Source of the DNA: a virus
Virus record (IMG/VR): IMGVR_UViG_3300025695_001209
Coordinates: 8,762-72,761 of that record
Direction: 5' to 3' (one strand)
DNA: 64,000 bases
In this document: in pieces, positions 58,173 to 64,000 of the stretch
Layout: each line of letters opens with the position of its first letter
Position numbering within the stretch: the stretch's first letter is position 1
Notes under the pieces: generated by a model
Database searches by the model: none
What the model was told of the DNA's origin: nothing
The model's input: only the letters and a program-made list of their open reading frames with translations
Made by a program: the position numbers and the translations under genes

Positions 58173-59077
58173 TAAGATATAAAAATCCGGTTTACCCTAT
58201 CCCACCATCTTTTGATGATGATGAAAATTTAGAGTTAGACTCCACAATTAATTATTTAAACTATATTAAAACGAACGGTGGTAAAATTGTAATGACAACT
58301 GCTGGTACTTCACAGTATAATTTACTTTCAACCGAAGAAATAAGGTCATTAAATTTATGTGTAATTAATAATTTTCAGGGTGAAAAAATATTAGGACTTC
58401 CACCTCTTAGTCTTAAACACATCAAAGAAGAAATTGAGTTAATGAATACTATATGTGATTCAGAGGACCGTAATGAGATTTCGTTATTGATATTATTTCC
58501 TGAAAGATATTATGATGATGAACAGATTTGTGAATACTTTGAAGAAATTTGCAGTATAAGTAAATTCGACGTTTTAGTCCACGGAAACCTCCTAAGAAAA
58601 GGTATGGGAGGTGTGTATGAGTACAGTAAACCACTGTTAGAAAAACTTAGTAATATAGACGGTTTTATTGGTATGAAGGAAGAGGCTTCAAATCTAATGC
58701 ATTCGACGACTAATTTACCAAAAGAAAATTTTGAGGTTATAGTAGCAGGTGGTAGTATGAAAAGGTTTTGGGGGTTATATCCTCACGGTGCAACAACATA
58801 CTTAACAGGTGTAGGTTCTTTTTTCCCTAAATTAGAGGAGTCATTTTTCTTAAATTATAAGAACCATAACATAAATGAATGTATAACAATTATTAATGAA
58901 ATTGAAACCCCTTTATTTGAGACTTTTATGACATCAGGGTGGCATCTATCCATGAGAACTTCATTGAAACATTTAGGTTTTATTAAGAACGATAGAAAAC
59001 CATTTAAACAACCTACAAATGAAACTAAAGAAAATATTATAAACACACTTAATAAAATTAAAAAATATGAAGAATAA
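58169..59077 (+). CDS. DHDPS / N-acetylneuraminate-lyase family aldolase (divergent)
   Basis: PSFDDDENL, AGTSQY..LS.EE, Schiff-base lysine in IGMKE. Confidence 0.75.
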   Translation: MIRYKNPVYPIPPSFDDDENLELDSTINYLNYIKTNGGKIVMTTAGTSQYNLLSTEEIRSLNLCVINNFQGEKILGLPPLSLKHIKEEIELMNTICDSEDRNEISLLILFPERYYDDEQICEYFEEICSISKFDVLVHGNLLRKGMGGVYEYSKPLLEKLSNIDGFIGMKEEASNLMHSTTNLPKENFEVIVAGGSMKRFWGLYPHGATTYLTGVGSFFPKLEESFFLNYKNHNINECITIINEIETPLFETFMTSGWHLSMRTSLKHLGFIKNDRKPFKQPTNETKENIINTLNKIKKYEE

Positions 59078-59828
59078 TAAAACATACATCATAGGACCGT
59101 GTAGTCTTGAAAACTATGAGTTATCATACGAGGTACTATCCAAAGTATATCCAATTTTAAAAGATAAGGACTTTTATTTTAAAGGCTCATTCGATAAGGC
59201 TAATAGAAGTTCAATCACTGGTAAAAGAGGTCCAGGACTAGAGGAAGGGATTGAAATATTTAAAAAGTTAAAACAAGACTTTCCTAACTTAAAAGTGACT
59301 ACTGATGTACACGAAGTTGGACAGGTTGAAAAATTATCAGGTGTAGTTGACGTGATTCAAATACCCGCGTTTTTATGTAGACAAACAGATTTATTAGTTG
59401 AGTGTGCTAAGTTCTTTGATATTGTAAACATAAAAAAGGGACAATGGATGAACCCACAAAATATGGTTAAAGGGATTGATAAAATAAAAGAAACTAACCC
59501 TAACGCTCAAGTTTGGATGACTGAAAGAGGTAGTGCATTTGGGTATTCACAGTTCATCGTTGACTTTTCAAATGTGGACTACCTTAAAGAACATTTTGAT
59601 AAGGTTATCTTTGATGTTACTCACTCAGCTCAATTACCTAAACCAAATGGTAGAATGGGTGGTAATCCCACACTAGCAGCGAGATATTTTAAAACTGTAG
59701 ACATTTTCAACTATGATGGAGTATTTGCAGAAGCACACCCTAATCCTCCATTATCATATTCGGATGCAGATTCAGTACTACCGATAAATGAAATGGTAGA
59801 ACTACTAAAAAAAGATATTAATGTATAG
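59067..59828 (+). CDS. kdsA: Kdo-8-phosphate synthase (metal-dependent type)
   Basis: GPC, FDKANRSS, TDVHE, QIPAFLCRQTDLL, KKGQ, ERG, DVTHS, EAHP, SDA. Confidence 0.93.
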   Translation: MKNNKTYIIGPCSLENYELSYEVLSKVYPILKDKDFYFKGSFDKANRSSITGKRGPGLEEGIEIFKKLKQDFPNLKVTTDVHEVGQVEKLSGVVDVIQIPAFLCRQTDLLVECAKFFDIVNIKKGQWMNPQNMVKGIDKIKETNPNAQVWMTERGSAFGYSQFIVDFSNVDYLKEHFDKVIFDVTHSAQLPKPNGRMGGNPTLAARYFKTVDIFNYDGVFAEAHPNPPLSYSDADSVLPINEMVELLKKDINV

Positions 59829-60453
59829 TATAAAAAATATATGGTCATCTACTAATCATGGCTGGAGACACATCACTAAAAGTATGGACCAATCAAAGAA
59901 ACAAAGAATAATTAAAAGGGTTAATAAAAATCTTTTAGATAATTCATTGTATGATAATGTAGAGACCGTATTGGATTGGGGTTGTGGAGGTGGACTATTA
60001 TCTAAAGTGCTATTAGATAAAGGTTTTAATGTTTGTGTAGTGGACCTTGTTGAACATAGTATAGAATCCGCTTTAGATTATGCCGTTGGTATATCTTACA
60101 CTCAATTAGTTGATGAAGACATAGAAAAGTTCAAATATCTTGGACCCAAACCTGATGTTATATTCTCCCATGCAGTTATACAACATTTTCCTAATTATGA
60201 TTACTTCACTAAAGTATTAAAAATATGGACTGAAGACATTAAACCAAATTATATATCTCTTCAGGTTAAGTTAGGTGAGAGCACGAAATCGGCAGAAAAT
60301 TATAAAAAAGATTTTCTAAATGGACTACTCTTTAAGGAAGTCGACTTAATAAAAGACTTTAAGGATAAAAACTACGAATTAATTAGTAGTGAATCAGAAT
60401 ACTCATTAAGTAATATTAAAATGGGTTATTATAATTTTAAAAAATTAGTATAA
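59821..60453 (+). CDS. Class I SAM-dependent methyltransferase
   Basis: VLDWGCGGG, VIQHFP. Confidence 0.88.
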   Translation: MYSIKNIWSSTNHGWRHITKSMDQSKKQRIIKRVNKNLLDNSLYDNVETVLDWGCGGGLLSKVLLDKGFNVCVVDLVEHSIESALDYAVGISYTQLVDEDIEKFKYLGPKPDVIFSHAVIQHFPNYDYFTKVLKIWTEDIKPNYISLQVKLGESTKSAENYKKDFLNGLLFKEVDLIKDFKDKNYELISSESEYSLSNIKMGYYNFKKLV

Positions 60454-60454
60454 A

Positions 60455-61366
60455 ATGTTTAAGAAACGAAGAGCAAGATATGTTATTGAAAAATTAAAGG
60501 ATAAAAAATATCCTAAAAAACCAAAAAAAGATATTCAAATATCTGATATTACTAATGGATATAAAACTACGAAAATACTAAATAAAGAAACAAAAATAAC
60601 AACCATTGGTTCGTGTTTTGCTGAAGAGCTGAGATTGTGGTTAAATCAGAATAAATATAATATTTCAAACCCGATGTGGGGTCAGGTATATAATATAAAA
60701 AATATAAAACAAATATTTAAATTTTCATTAGAACCTGATACGTGGAATCCAAAAGAGTCCGTGTGGGATTTTGATGGAGATATTAGACATCCATATATAA
60801 AAGGACCTCAATTAGAACCATATAAGTTAGGTAATAAAAATAACTACATTCGTAACATGAATGATTTGCATGATAGTTTTTCTAAAGTTTTAAAAGAAAT
60901 TAATGTAATAATTATCACATTAGGTCAAACAGAGTTTTGGGGTAATAAAGATGATAAATGTGCCTTTTACGCTGCGCCATGGATTAATACCAAAGAGGGT
61001 GAAAAAAATCATAAATTTTTTAATTTATCCGTAGAAGAAGTTAAAGAAGAACTTAGAGATAGTATTAAAATTTTGAAAAAACATAATCCTAATATTAAAA
61101 TCATAATTTCAGTCTCACCTGTCCCATTAGTGGCCTCAGGACAAGAAAAATTAAGTGGATTCATTTTAGCCAATAAAGCAAAATCTTCCCAACACATCGC
61201 CACTCTAGAAGTAATAGATGAATTTAAAAATGTACAATATATGCCGTCATATGAAATAGTTAATAGTGATTTAATAGGTAGTTATGAAAATGACGGTAGA
61301 CACATTAAACGTACTAAAGTTAAATCAATTATGGATACCTTTGAAAAATTATTTTGTTATGAGTAA
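60455..61366 (+). CDS. GSCFA-domain protein (SGNH-like)
   Basis: IGSCFA, ITLG, SVSPVPL, KS, YMPSYE, DGRH. Confidence 0.9.
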   Translation: MFKKRRARYVIEKLKDKKYPKKPKKDIQISDITNGYKTTKILNKETKITTIGSCFAEELRLWLNQNKYNISNPMWGQVYNIKNIKQIFKFSLEPDTWNPKESVWDFDGDIRHPYIKGPQLEPYKLGNKNNYIRNMNDLHDSFSKVLKEINVIIITLGQTEFWGNKDDKCAFYAAPWINTKEGEKNHKFFNLSVEEVKEELRDSIKILKKHNPNIKIIISVSPVPLVASGQEKLSGFILANKAKSSQHIATLEVIDEFKNVQYMPSYEIVNSDLIGSYENDGRHIKRTKVKSIMDTFEKLFCYE

Positions 61367-61934
61367 AAAAATACATATCGGATTCCATAAAGCGGGCTCT
61401 ACATTTTTGCAACAAATTGTTTTTCCTACGCTTCCTAATTATAAAGGTAGATATTATGCAGGTAGTAAAGATAAACATACTGATTTATATATTGGAGAAA
61501 CCGTAAACAATGGTTGCGAAAACATATTAAAATATTATAGTAAATTTGATAACCATTTTATATCTAATGAAATTTTTACAAAACTTAGACGAGAAAAACT
61601 TTTAGAACTTTTAAAAAAATATAATTATGATAATGTTTTAGTTGTTGAACGTAATTTAGATGATTTAATTAAAAGTAGACAACGTCATAAATCACAAGAT
61701 TTCTTTCTTCAAAAAAAAATAAATAATAGCAATATTGATGAAGAAGTGTCTAATCACTATTCAACGGAAAAATTGTCTGAAAATATTGTAAATTTAACTA
61801 TCATAAATTTTGAAAAGTTTTTTAGTGGAGATAAAAAAGAAATAAAAAAGTTATCAGAATTTTTAGAATATGATGTCGAAGATATTGTATTATCCAATTT
61901 ACATAAAAAAATAAACGCAAAAAGAAAAAAATAA
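61359..61934 (+). CDS. Sulfotransferase-like protein
   Basis: Start reassigned to MSKKIH. PAPS-binding loop HIGFHKAGSTFLQ, ISNE, R....IKS. Confidence 0.75.
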   Translation: MSKKIHIGFHKAGSTFLQQIVFPTLPNYKGRYYAGSKDKHTDLYIGETVNNGCENILKYYSKFDNHFISNEIFTKLRREKLLELLKKYNYDNVLVVERNLDDLIKSRQRHKSQDFFLQKKINNSNIDEEVSNHYSTEKLSENIVNLTIINFEKFFSGDKKEIKKLSEFLEYDVEDIVLSNLHKKINAKRKK

Positions 61935-61936
61935 AA

Positions 61937-62629
61937 ATGAAAAGATTATGTATTATACCCGCTAGAGGAGGGAGTAAAAGATTACCAGGTAAAAATATTA
62001 AACCTCTAAATGGTAAACCATTAGTTTTTTATACTATAGACGCAGTACTAAAATCTAATATGTTTGATAAAGTAATATTTACATCTGATGATGATACAAT
62101 ACTTGATACTGTATCTAATAATTACTCATCAACAGTTTTAGAGGTAATTAAAAGACCTTTAGAATTAGCTACGGACACATCTAAAGTAATTGATACTGTT
62201 ATGTATTTTTTAGATGATGACTATGACCAAACATGGTTAACTTTACCTACATCACCTATGAAAATATCTGAAGATTTTGTTAAGTCTTCAAAACTACTAA
62301 AAGAAGATGACGATTCAGTGCTTTCATACACAGAAATGGAGTTCCCCCCAACATTAGGTTTGGTAGTGAAAAACAATAACATATTAGAAGATTATGACCA
62401 AACCAATCCATGGCAAAATGGTAATAGTCGTAGTCAAGACCATCCAACCATATATAGACCTAACGGTGCAATATATGGTTCTTGGACAAAAAAATTAAAA
62501 GAAAATAAAAATTATTATATAGGTCAAACTAAGGGATATTTTATGTCAAGAAAAAGGTCTGTTGATATTGATACTCAGTTTGAATTTGATTTAGCGGAAT
62601 TTATGTTACAAACAAATCATTTATCATGA
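61937..62629 (+). CDS. neuA: CMP-ulosonic acid synthetase (acylneuraminate cytidylyltransferase, NeuA-like)
   Basis: IIPARGGSKRLPGKNIK, RP.ELA.D, PTSP, NGAIY, SVDIDT..EF. Confidence 0.9.
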   Translation: MKRLCIIPARGGSKRLPGKNIKPLNGKPLVFYTIDAVLKSNMFDKVIFTSDDDTILDTVSNNYSSTVLEVIKRPLELATDTSKVIDTVMYFLDDDYDQTWLTLPTSPMKISEDFVKSSKLLKEDDDSVLSYTEMEFPPTLGLVVKNNNILEDYDQTNPWQNGNSRSQDHPTIYRPNGAIYGSWTKKLKENKNYYIGQTKGYFMSRKRSVDIDTQFEFDLAEFMLQTNHLS

Positions 62630-63444
62630 AAAAAGTAGTAGGGATTATAGGTAATGGGTTCGTTGGTGAGTCACAAGCGTTCGCCTTCTCACCAACTAAT
62701 GAAATAAGAATTTATGATGTAGACCCTCTAAAGTCTACACATACAAAAGAAGAGTCTCACCAATCAGACTTCATATTCGTTTGTGTACCAACGCCGATGA
62801 ATATAGACGGAAAACAAGACCTATCATATGTTGAAAAGGTATTTGAGGAATCTATTGAGGGACCCATATATATTATCAAGTCAACGGTATTACCTGGTAC
62901 TACAGAACAATTAATTCAAAAGTATCCACACTTAAATATAGTGTTCTCACCTGAGTTTTTAACTGAGAGAACAGCTAAGTTAGATATGTTAACACAGGCA
63001 AGAGTTATATTTGGTGGTGACAGAGAATTAACTAATAAAGTTGAGGAACTTTTCAGTGGTAGGTTCATGAATAGACATTTCATTCATACCGACTCTAAAA
63101 CCGCTGAGTTTATCAAATATATGAATAACACATACTTCGCCACTAAAGTGTCAATTATGAACGAATATTACCGTTTAGCTCAGTTAGTCGGTGTAAATTG
63201 GGAAGACGCCCTTTATGGTTTTACCTCTGATGGTAGAGTCGGTGACTCACACCTTCACGTACCTGGCCCTGACGGTAAAGTTGGGTTTGGTGGAACTTGT
63301 TTCCCAAAAGATATCAATGCACTTATGAGTATGGCAAATGAAGTGGGTGTTAATATGAATGTATTGGAAGCCGCTTGGAAAACAAACTTAGAGGTTAGAC
63401 CTGAACAAGACTGGTCTAAACTAAAAGGTCGTGCAATATCGTAA
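62626..63444 (+). CDS. UDP-glucose/nucleotide-sugar 6-dehydrogenase (short form)
   Basis: GNGFVG, CVPTP, KSTV.PG, PEFL, AEFIKY, GFGGTCFPKD. Lacks the C-terminal domain. Confidence 0.88.
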   Translation: MKKVVGIIGNGFVGESQAFAFSPTNEIRIYDVDPLKSTHTKEESHQSDFIFVCVPTPMNIDGKQDLSYVEKVFEESIEGPIYIIKSTVLPGTTEQLIQKYPHLNIVFSPEFLTERTAKLDMLTQARVIFGGDRELTNKVEELFSGRFMNRHFIHTDSKTAEFIKYMNNTYFATKVSIMNEYYRLAQLVGVNWEDALYGFTSDGRVGDSHLHVPGPDGKVGFGGTCFPKDINALMSMANEVGVNMNVLEAAWKTNLEVRPEQDWSKLKGRAIS

Positions 63445-63535
63445 CAACACAAAGGGTTACTTTCATTATTTTATTACTAATTTATATCTTAGTTTAGTGT
63501 ATTAAACACTACTTAAAATTATTTTAAAAAAATTA

Positions 63536-64000
63536 ATGGCAACAAAAGGAAAAAAAGTAGATAACACCTCTAAAATGTCACGTAAAGAAATTATTCGTGA
63601 TATTATTGGTAAGACACCAAGAAAGAAATTCTTATCTGAAAATCAAAAGGAATATTATCAAACTCTGTGTGATAGTGAAATCACTATTTGTACAGGTCCT
63701 GCAGGTGTTGGTAAATCGTATGTCGCTATGAGTGCTGCGGTTCAATTATTATTGGATGAAAATAACTCATATGAAAAAATCATCATCGTTAGACCGGCAG
63801 TAGAAGCTGAAGAAAAATTAGGGGCATTACCTGGTAACTTAGAAGAAAAATTAGACCCTTATATCTTTCCGTCTTATTACTTACTAAATAAAATTGTAGG
63901 TAAGAGTGCCAGAGAGAAACTAAAAGAACATGACGTGATTGAAGTATTTGCGCTAGCATATATGAGGGGGATGAATATTGATAATTCAATCCTAATTTTT
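63536..64000 (+). CDS. phoH: PhoH-family ATPase, partial (runs off the window end)
   Basis: Not in the ORF track. MATKGKK...NQKEY...GPAGVGKS...IVRPAVE...LGALPG...EKLDPY...AYMRG. Confidence 0.92.
   Translation, partial: MATKGKKVDNTSKMSRKEIIRDIIGKTPRKKFLSENQKEYYQTLCDSEITICTGPAGVGKSYVAMSAAVQLLLDENNSYEKIIIVRPAVEAEEKLGALPGNLEEKLDPYIFPSYYLLNKIVGKSAREKLKEHDVIEVFALAYMRGMNIDNSILIF

Noticed and set aside
52991-63444. Bacterial LPS/capsule locus (host contamination or chimeric join)
   Set aside because: No wzx/wzy/transport genes. The genes are coupled with phage-type dut, exonuclease and phoH and are contiguous with virion genes. A chimera cannot be fully excluded without reads.
40040-63989. Short minus-strand or alternate-frame ORFs (e.g. 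50677-50985, 51452-51871, 52554-52922, 63789-63989)
   Set aside because: They overlap convincing genes on the other strand or frame. The last one overlaps phoH.
1-64000. Stop-codon reassignment as in some large phages
   Set aside because: Genes are full length and densely packed in the standard code. TAA, TGA and TAG all end genes.
1-64000. CRISPR array, tRNAs, rRNA, transposases, integrase
   Set aside because: No repeat-spacer pattern or cloverleaf seen by eye, and the intergenic gaps are short. tRNAscan and CRISPR finders were not run.

Overview
A 64-kb segment of a large, AT-rich, T4-like myovirus (jumbo-phage type). It reads cleanly in the standard genetic code. The host is most likely Bacteroidota (Flavobacteria-like): there are TTTG-N19-TAnnTTTG promoters, no Shine-Dalgarno sites, and a class Id-type RNR with an ATP-cone on NrdB. 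Positions 1-39.9 kb are almost all minus strand and hold baseplate and tail genes (gp6, gp25, hub, gp53, tape measure, chaperones, tube, sheath, gp15/gp14-like), interrupted by a replication block (ssb, recA, 5'-3' exonuclease, helicase, nrdB, nrdA). Positions 39.9-53 kb hold an SNF2 helicase, a superoxide dismutase fused to a PD-(D/E)XK-like domain, a gp13-like neck protein, PolB, further virion proteins and a five-gene cluster with a stand-alone WYL protein. Positions 53-64 kb are a glycan-modification region, ending in phoH. It contains an AT-richer cassette that appears to encode an ulosonic-acid (Kdo/sialic-like) synthesis-activation-transfer pathway with a eukaryote-type GT29 sialyltransferase fold. 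Other notable signals are a genome-wide sense-strand TATTTAT(A) motif, a probable +1/-2 tail-chaperone frameshift, an RHH gene with a four-half-site operator, and (I/L)xE-rich leaders suggesting capsid-packaged enzyme cargo. All assignments come from motif recognition by eye; no searches were run.
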